DNA from: an uncultured Gammaproteobacteria bacterium
Lineage (GTDB): Bacteria > Pseudomonadota > Gammaproteobacteria > Methylococcales > Methylomonadaceae
DNA length: 64,000 bases
Direction of reading: 5' to 3'
NCBI GenBank assembly: GCA_965365945.1
Contig: CBDUDP010000009.1
Coordinates: forward strand, 21,331 to 85,330
Part shown: positions 33,085 to 42,612 of the stretch, in pieces
Layout: every line of letters begins with the position of its first letter
How positions within the stretch are numbered: the stretch's first letter is position 1
Translations under genes and position numbers: made by a program
The notes under the pieces: model-generated
Told to the model about the DNA's origin: nothing
What the model saw: the letters and a program-made list of their open reading frames with translations, nothing else
Databases searched by the model: none

Positions 33085-36000
33085 TTACTGCACTTTCAAA
33101 GTAAGCTGCGCTTTTAATTCACCTTGTTCAGCCTCAGGCAGTACAGCACCATCTAAAATAAAAACTCGCGACTGGGCAATACCACCGTCACGAGTTAAAT
33201 GACGCGCTATATTTCTTGCTCTTGTCGCAGCCAAAATAAAAAGCTTATGCTCATCCGGTTTGATCATGCTACGCAACATATTTTTAGCCACCACATCAAA
33301 TTCACCCATATCAGGATGCTTTAACTTAGGCCTGCCAAATAATGATCGCCCAGCTAGTTCTGGGTATGTCTGTATAAATAAATCAGCTAATAAACGATTA
33401 TATTCATCTTCTGATAATTTAACATACTCAGCTAGCTCTACTTTTCCTTGTTTTTTTAATTCACCCGCACGTATTTGTTTTAGCTGATCCATTAAAGCCT
33501 GTTCCTGCATTACCGGCCAATCTTGCTTTATATAAGACTCTGCTTTAACTTCCAAACTCAGTTCTGATTTTTCCGCTAAAGCACCCAGTAAAGCATCAAG
33601 TTTAGCTGCCTGCTCAGCACTTAAACCTGCATTACCAGCTTGAAAACTTACCGTACTAAAATCCTCATCACTCCCTAAGAATGAACCTATTGCAGTAAAA
33701 GGAGAAGCAATTACCTTGGTTAGTAAATTGATAAAAACATCGTAAAGTAAAGGCCCGACACTAAAGTCAGGGTTATCCAAACTACCTGAAACTGGCATGT
33801 TCAGAATAATTTTCCCATCTTTATCTTTTAATAAAGCAATAGCTAGCCCTAACGGCAGGTCTACTGCATCAGGGTTTTCCACCTTTTCTCCTAACTCAAA
33901 CTGATCAATCAACAAGTTATTTTCTGAACTTAATTGCCTATTTCTAATTTGATATAAAAAGTCTACGGACATCTGCCCTTTTTCAACTTTATAGCCTGCG
34001 AATTCAACCATATAAGGCGATATAAAAGGCAAAGGCAAGCTTTTAAAGTGCATCCCTAAATCCATTTCATCCAAACCTGGATTAAAGTCTCCTTTTATCT
34101 CTACAGGTGACAAATCAAATACTTTACCTTTTAAATCTACATAGGTTTTAGCTTTTTGGTTTGAAGAAATTTTATTTATTTGCCCATCTAAAGCATTCAA
34201 CTTCACCACAAAAGGCAAGATCAAAGAATAATCAGAAAAGTCAGAACTTCCTCCTTTTATCTTAACTATACCTATGTCAAACTGCGCACTAGCCTTCTTT
34301 TTTTCTTCTTTCTTTTTTACTGGCTCATCAGTACTTTTATCGACAATGACATCATTAATATTAACCGTTTTATCTTTTTTGATAGTCACGCGTGCATAAG
34401 GCTGGTCTATATTAACGGATTTGATTTTTAATTTAACTGGTTGCAAGTCAAAATCTAAGCCATTAAGCGCCAAATTCTGCCATTTCAAAAAATCTTGATG
34501 CAAAACCTGATCACGCGTATGCAAATTTTTAACACCCACACTCCCTTTATAATTTAGTGCTAAGTCACCTTTTTTACTTTGAGTAACAACTAGCTTTCCT
34601 TGCGTATTAATATGCCCTTTTATAATATCGAGTTTAGCACTCTGATTAATATAAGGCTCAAACCTCCTAATCTCAATATGACTTATATTGACATCTAAAT
34701 TTGATGTAAAAGGCTCCAGAACAGAAGAGCCAGCCACTTTTATTTTTCCCGTTTGATTTAGTCGTGCATTTAATTCTAGGGGAAGGTGCGTACCTTTCTC
34801 AGTATTAAAGTCCGTAACAGAAAAATCTAATTCAGATAAACTTAAATCGACCGGCTTTTTCTGGGTGTAATCTTTAAACTGTAATGCGTAATTATTTATA
34901 TTGAATGATTCTAGTGCTAGTACCCAAGGTTTGACAGTTGCCCCCTCATCATCCGCTTCGTGTGCTACCTCATTCTCTGGGAACGGCGTTGTAGCGAATA
35001 ACTCCTGGTAATTAAGGAAACCACTTTTAGTCAACCAAGCGTTAATCAGAGCATCACTTGTGCTAATCGATTTAACTTTTACACTTTGATCCTGCAAATT
35101 AAAATCAATACCATCAATTTTAACGCTAGGCACTTGAACCAAAGCGGGATCTTGCTCAGTATGTAAATTAAATGTCTGTAAATTTACAAAACCCTGATTA
35201 GCTGTCATAAGTAACTGACTATCTGTTCTTAACTGATAGTTTTTCACGCCCATATCTAAGCTAGCGATATCCATTAAAACAGGTTCTTGAGGGCGTTTAT
35301 CAGTAAATTTTATATGTGTGGTATTTAACGCCACATCTGTTACTTTAATAGCCCATGGACTGCTAGGTTCAGTAGACTCTTTTTCTGGACTTTCCGGCGC
35401 TGATTGCTCTTCTTGCCCTGCAAACAGAGCTTGATAATTTAATTCACCAGACTGATTAAACCCCACGTCAAAATCAGCCTGTTTAGATTCAATCTTAGTA
35501 ATATTGATTTCTTGTTTGTTCAAATCAAAATCAAAGCCTTCAATGGAAAAATAAGGGATATCAATCAGAGTTTTATCACTGTCTCGCGCAGTGAACTTTA
35601 AATTCTCTGTTATTAATTGACCACCAGTAAGTTTAAATAAAAATGCGTCATCAGTATAAGATAGCGCATAATTAAATTTCACTGCTTGAGTACCATCTAT
35701 CCACTTAAACTGCACTCTATCTTGTAAAAATAACTGCCAAATGCGAGTAAACTGCACACCAGTTACATCTATAGAACCATTAGAAAACAATGGATTAATA
35801 CCAAAATCACCTTGCCACTGCAAATGACCGCCCGAATTGAGTTGCATAGTAAAACCCAAAACTGAACCTTCACCAAGCAAAGTACTAAAGCCATCAAGGT
35901 GTAAATTTAGAGGCTGAATAATATCTGTAATTGACTCAGCATGAACTGAGTCAATTACCGCAACTTCACCACGAGCAATATCCAACTGATGAATAATCAC

Positions 36001-36450
36001 AGGAAAAATTTCTTTAGATCCTTCCGTCTCTGGTTCTTTTTCTGGAGAATCGCTTAATAAATCACTAAAATTGTAGTGATTATCTTTAAACATTTCCAAA
36101 CGCATAAAAGGCTCTGACAGCCTAACTTCAGCTAACACTAATGCTGTGTTTTTCGCACTTTCCCACACTTGGACATTAATATAGAACTCATCAAATTTAA
36201 CAAATTCCTGACTATCTACTTCTTGCATAGAAAAATTAATCAGACTCAACTCTAATGAGAATGGGTTGAACTCTATACTTTCGATTGTTGATTTACGCCC
36301 AGTTTCGGATGTGATTAGCTTAGGTAATTTTGTTTGCATATAGCTAGGTAAAATCACAAAACCTAGCAGTGCATAGAAAGAAATTAACCCAACCACAATT
36401 AATACGGGTTTACGAATTTTTTTTATTAATTCAGTTTGCATAGTGCTCAC
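33085..36450 (-). CDS. DUF748/AsmA-like envelope protein
   Basis: N-terminal TM; FNPFSLELS, SGGHLQWQG, ISPYMVEFAGYKVEKG and LAIALLKD..G.I.LNMPVSGSLDNPDF; OmpA-like tail. Confidence 0.85.
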   Translation of the reverse strand: MSTMQTELIKKIRKPVLIVVGLISFYALLGFVILPSYMQTKLPKLITSETGRKSTIESIEFNPFSLELSLINFSMQEVDSQEFVKFDEFYINVQVWESAKNTALVLAEVRLSEPFMRLEMFKDNHYNFSDLLSDSPEKEPETEGSKEIFPVIIHQLDIARGEVAVIDSVHAESITDIIQPLNLHLDGFSTLLGEGSVLGFTMQLNSGGHLQWQGDFGINPLFSNGSIDVTGVQFTRIWQLFLQDRVQFKWIDGTQAVKFNYALSYTDDAFLFKLTGGQLITENLKFTARDSDKTLIDIPYFSIEGFDFDLNKQEINITKIESKQADFDVGFNQSGELNYQALFAGQEEQSAPESPEKESTEPSSPWAIKVTDVALNTTHIKFTDKRPQEPVLMDIASLDMGVKNYQLRTDSQLLMTANQGFVNLQTFNLHTEQDPALVQVPSVKIDGIDFNLQDQSVKVKSISTSDALINAWLTKSGFLNYQELFATTPFPENEVAHEADDEGATVKPWVLALESFNINNYALQFKDYTQKKPVDLSLSELDFSVTDFNTEKGTHLPLELNARLNQTGKIKVAGSSVLEPFTSNLDVNISHIEIRRFEPYINQSAKLDIIKGHINTQGKLVVTQSKKGDLALNYKGSVGVKNLHTRDQVLHQDFLKWQNLALNGLDFDLQPVKLKIKSVNIDQPYARVTIKKDKTVNINDVIVDKSTDEPVKKKEEKKKASAQFDIGIVKIKGGSSDFSDYSLILPFVVKLNALDGQINKISSNQKAKTYVDLKGKVFDLSPVEIKGDFNPGLDEMDLGMHFKSLPLPFISPYMVEFAGYKVEKGQMSVDFLYQIRNRQLSSENNLLIDQFELGEKVENPDAVDLPLGLAIALLKDKDGKIILNMPVSGSLDNPDFSVGPLLYDVFINLLTKVIASPFTAIGSFLGSDEDFSTVSFQAGNAGLSAEQAAKLDALLGALAEKSELSLEVKAESYIKQDWPVMQEQALMDQLKQIRAGELKKQGKVELAEYVKLSEDEYNRLLADLFIQTYPELAGRSLFGRPKLKHPDMGEFDVVAKNMLRSMIKPDEHKLFILAATRARNIARHLTRDGGIAQSRVFILDGAVLPEAEQGELKAQLTLKVQ

Positions 36451-36469
36451 AAAAATTTACGCGCCGGAT

Positions 36470-36526
36470 GTAGTGCGGACTTTAGTCCGCTAGTGTAAGA
36501 AATCGCCAATCTAACGGACTAAAATC
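36470..36526. repeat. GTAG REP with a partial inverted partner
   Basis: GTAGT-GCGGAC-TTTA-GTCCGC (same hairpin as 2896-2911); CGGACTAAA remnant at 36515. Confidence 0.7.
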
Positions 36527-36531
36527 GAGTA

Positions 36532-37932
36532 TCAAGTTCTGCCATATTTATCTTCAAAACGCACGATATCATCTTCACCCAAATAACTACCTGATTGCAC
36601 CTCTACCATTTCTAATGGAATAACTCCGGGATTTTCTAATCTATGCACTACGCCTAAAGGAATATAAGTGGATTCATTTTCTGATAACAGCATGGTTTCA
36701 TCTCCCTTAGTCACTAAGGCCGTCCCCTTAACAACAACCCAATGCTCAGCCCGATGATGGTGCTTTTGTACTGACAATTTAGCGCCAGGCTTAACAACAA
36801 TACGCTTAGTTTTATGCCGCTCGCCATTATCGACTGAATCATAATGTCCCCAAGGGCGGTAGACTTTACGGTGTAAATTCGCTTCACTCCGCTGTTGTTT
36901 CTTTAGAGCGTTAACTATTTCCTTAACTTCCTGCACCCTATCTTTTGGTGCAACCATAACTGCATCATCCGTTTCTACAATCACAAGATCTTTAACACCG
37001 ATCACAGCAACGAGTTTATTTTCCGAATGAATAAAAGAGTTTTCCGTATCTAAAGCTAAAACATCGCCTGATAAAGCATTACCACGGGAATCTTTAGCTC
37101 TTACATCCCAAAGTGCTGACCATGAACCAACATCATTCCAATGAGCATCCAATGGAATGACAACGGCTTTATCTGTTTTTTCCATCACCGCATAATCAAT
37201 AGAATCCGACGGACATTGTGCAAACAACTCTTTATCTAAACGCACAAAATCAACATCAACCTTCGCTGCTGAATAAGCCGAACGGCAAGCCGCTAACATA
37301 TCTGGTGCAAATTTTTCTAGCTCTTCCAAATAGCGCCCTGCTTTAAAAGCAAACATACCGCTATTCCAATAATATTCACCACTATCAACATAAGCTTGAG
37401 CAACTGCTGCATTGGGTTTTTCAACAAATTGAGCCACTTTAAAAGCATCTGCTATATTTTCGTGAGACCGCTTAATATATCCATAACCCGTTTCTGCAGC
37501 CGTTGGCACAACACCAAAAGTAACAAGAAATCCCTGTTGCGCTAATTCTCCCGCTTTAATAACCGCTTCTTGAAAAGCCGCTACATTTTCTATGACATGA
37601 TCCGCAGGGAGTACCAATAAAATGTCTTCAGGATCTTTTGCAGCTAATGCTGCCATAGTGACTGCAGGTGCGGTATTCTTACCTATAGGCTCTAATATAA
37701 TGCATTCGGGATGGACATCAATTCTGCATAATTGCTCAGCCATCATAAAACGATGATCTTCATTACAAACAGCAATAGGGGCTTGCAAGCCTTCTATACC
37801 TTTTAATCTAAGCACTGTTTCCTGCACCATAGTTTTATCTGAAACCAGCGGCAAAAACTGCTTAGGATAAATGCCTCGCGATAAAGGCCATAATCGAGTG
37901 CCAGAACCACCAGAGAGTATTACAGGTATCAT
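36532..37932 (-). CDS. manC: mannose-1-phosphate guanylyltransferase/mannose-6-phosphate isomerase
   Basis: ILSGGSGTRLWPLSR, YYWNSGMF and cupin LSVQKHHHRAEHWVVV motifs. Confidence 0.96.
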   Translation of the reverse strand: MIPVILSGGSGTRLWPLSRGIYPKQFLPLVSDKTMVQETVLRLKGIEGLQAPIAVCNEDHRFMMAEQLCRIDVHPECIILEPIGKNTAPAVTMAALAAKDPEDILLVLPADHVIENVAAFQEAVIKAGELAQQGFLVTFGVVPTAAETGYGYIKRSHENIADAFKVAQFVEKPNAAVAQAYVDSGEYYWNSGMFAFKAGRYLEELEKFAPDMLAACRSAYSAAKVDVDFVRLDKELFAQCPSDSIDYAVMEKTDKAVVIPLDAHWNDVGSWSALWDVRAKDSRGNALSGDVLALDTENSFIHSENKLVAVIGVKDLVIVETDDAVMVAPKDRVQEVKEIVNALKKQQRSEANLHRKVYRPWGHYDSVDNGERHKTKRIVVKPGAKLSVQKHHHRAEHWVVVKGTALVTKGDETMLLSENESTYIPLGVVHRLENPGVIPLEMVEVQSGSYLGEDDIVRFEDKYGRT

Positions 37933-37987
37933 GCTATTCCTTTCTTTGTTTATAATTTACACAATTCTAATTTAACTAAAGTGCTAC

Positions 37988-39346
37988 TTAATGCCCTTCA
38001 ATGCCGTATTTATTAAATAAAGTATACAGTGTCGGCCGCGTTACCCCCAATAGCTTAGCTGCATTTGAGATATTATTATCAGTGTGGGCTAAGGCCCGTT
38101 TAATTGCAATAGTCTCCGCATGTTCACGCACTAACTTTAAATTCAATGGTAAGGACGAATTTTCATCTGTTGTAGCCGCCATTGCCAAATCATCTAAGCC
38201 AATATAAACATCATCGGCCATAACCACAGCACGCTTAATTTTATTTTCTAATTGACGAATATTTCCAGGCCAAGAGTAAGCTTCTATGGCATGTTTTGCT
38301 TCTGTGGTAAAACCCTTAATATCTCGGCTCTCTTGCTCACTATAACGATTTAAAAAAGCCTTAGCGATCACAATTGCATCACCATCACGCTCTCTTAATG
38401 CCGGAATATTAACTACCATTTCACTCACGCGATAATACAAATCTTCTCTAAAGCTGCCCGCATCAATTAAATCTTGTACATTTTTATGCGTTGCACAAAT
38501 AATACGCACATCAACCGGTATTTCACCCCGTCCGCCCAAACGCTCAATGACACGCTCCTGAATAAAGCGCAATAATTTAGCTTGCACAGAAAAAGGTAAA
38601 TCACCTATTTCATCGAGGAAAAACGTTCCACCTTGCGCATATTCAATCTTGCCTATCGTTTGTTTAGCTGCACCCGTAAATGCCCCTTTTTCATAACCAA
38701 ATAATTCACTTTCTAATAAAGTTTCAGGGATTGCAGCACAGTTCACAGCAACAAAAGGCTTTCCGGATCTCGGACTCAGTCCATGAATTGCGCGCGCTAA
38801 CACTTCTTTACCAGTTCCGCTTTCACCTAACAATAAGGTAGTAATCGAGCTAGGGGCAATTTTCTCAACCATTCGAGAAAGTTTTTGCATTTTTTCACTG
38901 ACAGCAATAATACCCGACAAAGGCTCACTCGTTTGCTGCTGTAATTTAATATTTTCTTGCTCTAAACTATTTAATTGAAATGCACGCGTGACAATTAAAT
39001 TTAAAACATCAATATCGGCTGGTTTTTGATAAAAATCATAGGCGCCCATCGCCACTGCTTTAATAGCATTTTCACGATCATCATTACCTGTCACGACAAT
39101 CACTTTTGTTCTCGGCGCTAACTCTAAAATTTCTTTTAGCGTCGCCAAGCCCTCACTGGCATTGGCAGGATCAGGCGGCAACCCTAAATCTAAAGTCACA
39201 ACGCTCGGCGTGTAACGTCTTAAAGCATCAATGGCAGATTCTCTATCGCCAGCAATCACCACTTGATAAGCAGGGAAACTCCACTTAAATTGCTTCTGTA
39301 AGCCAAGATCATCCTCTACTACTAATAATACTTGTTTATCGTCCAT
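37988..39346 (-). CDS. prsR: PEP-CTERM-box sigma-54 response regulator
   Basis: REC (TLDLGLPPD), AAA+ (GESGTGKE, ESELFGYEKGAFTGA) and Fis HTH domains; follows prsK. Confidence 0.92.
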   Translation of the reverse strand: MDDKQVLLVVEDDLGLQKQFKWSFPAYQVVIAGDRESAIDALRRYTPSVVTLDLGLPPDPANASEGLATLKEILELAPRTKVIVVTGNDDRENAIKAVAMGAYDFYQKPADIDVLNLIVTRAFQLNSLEQENIKLQQQTSEPLSGIIAVSEKMQKLSRMVEKIAPSSITTLLLGESGTGKEVLARAIHGLSPRSGKPFVAVNCAAIPETLLESELFGYEKGAFTGAAKQTIGKIEYAQGGTFFLDEIGDLPFSVQAKLLRFIQERVIERLGGRGEIPVDVRIICATHKNVQDLIDAGSFREDLYYRVSEMVVNIPALRERDGDAIVIAKAFLNRYSEQESRDIKGFTTEAKHAIEAYSWPGNIRQLENKIKRAVVMADDVYIGLDDLAMAATTDENSSLPLNLKLVREHAETIAIKRALAHTDNNISNAAKLLGVTRPTLYTLFNKYGIEGH

Positions 39347-39357
39347 TACATCCTCTG

Positions 39358-41430
39358 CTAATCTACTTGAATTACACGTGGCAACTTAATACTAAATATC
39401 GTGCCCTCTCCTACCTCACTGACGACTGAAACACCCCCACCCTGACTATGAATATATTCGCGTGCCTCGTACACACCTATGCCCATACCCGCATTACCTT
39501 TGGTGGTATCAAATGGCCTGAATAAACGCTCGGAAATAAATCTTTGCTCCATGCCACTGCCGGTATCAATAACATCGATTAAAATATTATTTTGATCACA
39601 GTCTAAACGAATTTTTACTTCTCCATCATCTTGCGTTGCATCTTGAGCATTTTGTACTAAATGACCTAGTATCGCGACTAATTGCTCTTTATCAGCTAAA
39701 ACAAAACATTCATGTACTACACAATCAATTCTCACTGCTGGTTTATTACCCGCCTGCTGCAGGACTACATCAGAAAGTACATCAACTAACTTAATAACAG
39801 TTTTGGCTTCACTTTTAACTCCCCCCTTTTTTAATTGGGCTAACAAGCGCTCAATCTTATTGACAACATTTTCTAAAGTAGAAATAGCATCATCAATAAA
39901 CTCAGGGTTATGTTTATGCTGTTCAGCATTACGCACAATCATCGATACTTGGGCCACTAGATTTTTTAAATCATGTACTAAAAAAGCGGAAAAACGACTA
40001 TAAGCTTCAAACTGCCTTGCCCGAGATAAATCATCAGTGACATTAGTCAATGCCAAAGCATTAGCCAATTGCATGCCTACCGTTTTTAATAAATCATGAT
40101 CCTCATAATTTAACTGACGCATGACTAATGGCTGAGTTAAAACCACAAATGCAGTCACTTTATTTTGCTGCAATAAAGGAATAATTAACCATATATTGTC
40201 ACACGCCAACCATGCAGATAGATCAACATCGTCATACATTTCTGGACTATTGTTAAATTCACAAAAATCAATGACCCACTGCTTAGCGCTCAAAAACTGG
40301 ATAAACTGATCGTCGGCTGTAAAAGCAGTAGCACCAGCAGCTTCGCAGTCTAAGGACAGTTCCTCTGCCAAATAAAACACACCTTGGTCATTAGACAACC
40401 ATAACCCGCCGCCACCACTACCCACCAAATCCGCCAAAGTCTTAATAACAAAAGGGGATAAATCCTCTAATTTATGCAATGCTGCAATTTCACGACTTAA
40501 GTTAATCCATTCCTGCCTATAATCATACTGATGTTGGAAGAAATACTTATTAAAATAAACCTTGAAATATGCTCGGATAGTCCCTGATGCGAAGATAATG
40601 ATCAGAAAAATAGCCGCTAAAAAGATAAAAAAGGTCTGAAATACAGCGCCCCAAGTCCCACCAAAATTTTTAATATAATAACCAGCTAAAGACATTAAAA
40701 CCATATACAAACCAGCACCAAATAATACCGTAGTATGTACCACTGTGGTGCGCGATATAGTTACTTTATTATCAGTATCTTGTAAACGACTAAACGAAAT
40801 AGCTAGCAATGGAGCGCATAAAGCATTAATTAACCCTCTTGCATCCCACAACAAAAAATCAAGTTGGCCAAATAACAAAGACTTACTATAAATAATAAAA
40901 TCAAAAATAAAGATTGCCGATAAACCTAAACACAAATATTTAATCGCCCAACGCTGCTCAGTTGCAACACTACGATACAACTGCTCAACTAACATTAAAC
41001 CGATAATGGCAAAACTGACATGCGCAAATAAACGAATATCCTGCCCAAAAATTAGCGTCAAGCCATCTAGAATATCTGGCGATAATTCAGCACCACAAAT
41101 AGTAACTAGCCAAATAATTAATAGAATAGAAAGCTTTGATTTTTTAAAAAATGCATATTTCTCATTAAATAACTGCTTAGAAAGTAGAACACCTAAGAAA
41201 AAAAACCAAGCTGCATTACGCAAAGTTTCAAAAGCAAAAGTATCGGCAATATATAAAGTCTCATTCTGCAAGACAAAGAGTACATCTCCCATCCAAAACA
41301 CAGATGCACTTATCGCCAAAGCAAATTGCGGCACAAAAGGGTTTTTCTTTATCCGAGAAAACGCTAACAGCAATACCAGAATAAAAACTATCAATCCTGT
41401 TAGATAACTATAAAAAGAAAAATCTTGCAT
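39358..41430 (-). CDS. prsK: PEP-CTERM system histidine kinase
   Basis: Multi-TM N-terminus, YDYRQEW, GAF region, HDLKNL, NPEFIDD and RPFDTTKGNAGMGIG. Confidence 0.93.
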   Translation of the reverse strand: MQDFSFYSYLTGLIVFILVLLLAFSRIKKNPFVPQFALAISASVFWMGDVLFVLQNETLYIADTFAFETLRNAAWFFFLGVLLSKQLFNEKYAFFKKSKLSILLIIWLVTICGAELSPDILDGLTLIFGQDIRLFAHVSFAIIGLMLVEQLYRSVATEQRWAIKYLCLGLSAIFIFDFIIYSKSLLFGQLDFLLWDARGLINALCAPLLAISFSRLQDTDNKVTISRTTVVHTTVLFGAGLYMVLMSLAGYYIKNFGGTWGAVFQTFFIFLAAIFLIIIFASGTIRAYFKVYFNKYFFQHQYDYRQEWINLSREIAALHKLEDLSPFVIKTLADLVGSGGGGLWLSNDQGVFYLAEELSLDCEAAGATAFTADDQFIQFLSAKQWVIDFCEFNNSPEMYDDVDLSAWLACDNIWLIIPLLQQNKVTAFVVLTQPLVMRQLNYEDHDLLKTVGMQLANALALTNVTDDLSRARQFEAYSRFSAFLVHDLKNLVAQVSMIVRNAEQHKHNPEFIDDAISTLENVVNKIERLLAQLKKGGVKSEAKTVIKLVDVLSDVVLQQAGNKPAVRIDCVVHECFVLADKEQLVAILGHLVQNAQDATQDDGEVKIRLDCDQNNILIDVIDTGSGMEQRFISERLFRPFDTTKGNAGMGIGVYEAREYIHSQGGGVSVVSEVGEGTIFSIKLPRVIQVD

Positions 41431-41604
41431 ATCACCTCTAACTTAATGAAAAAATCTAATAAAACAGCTCTACCAACTTCCTTAGCACTTATTTTTTATC
41501 TGACTTTCGCTTTGAGTATACAAAAATCCATAATTTCAGTTGACTATAAATGATGTTCTACCATAATACATTGAAGCAACGTTATATCTTATTACTTTAA
41601 AAAA

Positions 41605-42609
41605 TTGAAGAATATGCATAAACAAAACCTCATCAGCCTTCTATTCTCTCTATTATTTTGCCTAACTACAAGCCTCAGTTATGCAAACGAAAATTCGTTA
41701 GTTACAGTACAACCTTCATTTCAATCTATTACTATCTCTGGATTTACCAGAGCAAGGCGTAGCATGCCTATTGCCAGCGAAATATCTGGCAAGGTGACAC
41801 GCATTTATGCCGACATTGGTCAGCCTATTCCTGATGACGGAATTTTTGCATGCTTAGATGATACTTTTATCAAGCTCGATATCGCCTCAACAAAAAATAG
41901 CATCGCCCAACATGGCATTGATTTAAAATTTCTAGGCAAACAAGTCAGTCGACACCAAAAGCTAGTTAAAACCAATAGTGCTGCACTCAGTCTACTTGAT
42001 GACCTGACTCGCCAAAAAGGCAATGCCTACCGCGCCATACAAAATGAAAAAATACGCCAACAAAAACAACAGGAAACAAAAAGTAGGCATTGCATAAAAG
42101 CCCCTAAGAACTGGAAAATCACCCAAAGAAAGATAGAACCAGGCCAGTGGATTACTGCAGGAGTCACTATCGCACAAGCCAGCGACTACAGCCAATTATT
42201 AATTCCTATTACATTAACAGCCGAAGAACTCCAAGCCCTACAAAACCAGGATAAACTATCAGTTTACCTACCCGAATATCAACAGAAAATACCTGTCAAT
42301 ATTGAACGTATCTCCCCAGAGTTTGACCAACAATCGCACAAAATTCTCGTTGACTTAGTTATTACTGACACATCTGAGCACCAACGCGGTGGCATCAGAA
42401 CTGAGCTCTCTTTAAATGTTACTGACAAACTCAATAATTTCCTAATCCCTAAAGATGCACTAGATGCGCGCTTTGAGGAAGTATGGCTCACCCGTAAAAA
42501 TGGCGAAAGAATACGCGTAATGCTTCAAGGTTATGCAGATAAAAATATGGCAAAAATTTCTTCAGCTGAAATCAAAATTGGCGATCAATTTAAAAGACAA
42601 AACCCTTAA
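41605..42609 (+). CDS. RND efflux periplasmic adaptor subunit
   Basis: Signal sequence, lipoyl-like ASEISGKV...IKAP halves around a coiled coil; likely start at ATG 41614. Confidence 0.85.
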   Translation: MKNMHKQNLISLLFSLLFCLTTSLSYANENSLVTVQPSFQSITISGFTRARRSMPIASEISGKVTRIYADIGQPIPDDGIFACLDDTFIKLDIASTKNSIAQHGIDLKFLGKQVSRHQKLVKTNSAALSLLDDLTRQKGNAYRAIQNEKIRQQKQQETKSRHCIKAPKNWKITQRKIEPGQWITAGVTIAQASDYSQLLIPITLTAEELQALQNQDKLSVYLPEYQQKIPVNIERISPEFDQQSHKILVDLVITDTSEHQRGGIRTELSLNVTDKLNNFLIPKDALDARFEEVWLTRKNGERIRVMLQGYADKNMAKISSAEIKIGDQFKRQNP

Positions 42610-42612
42610 AAT

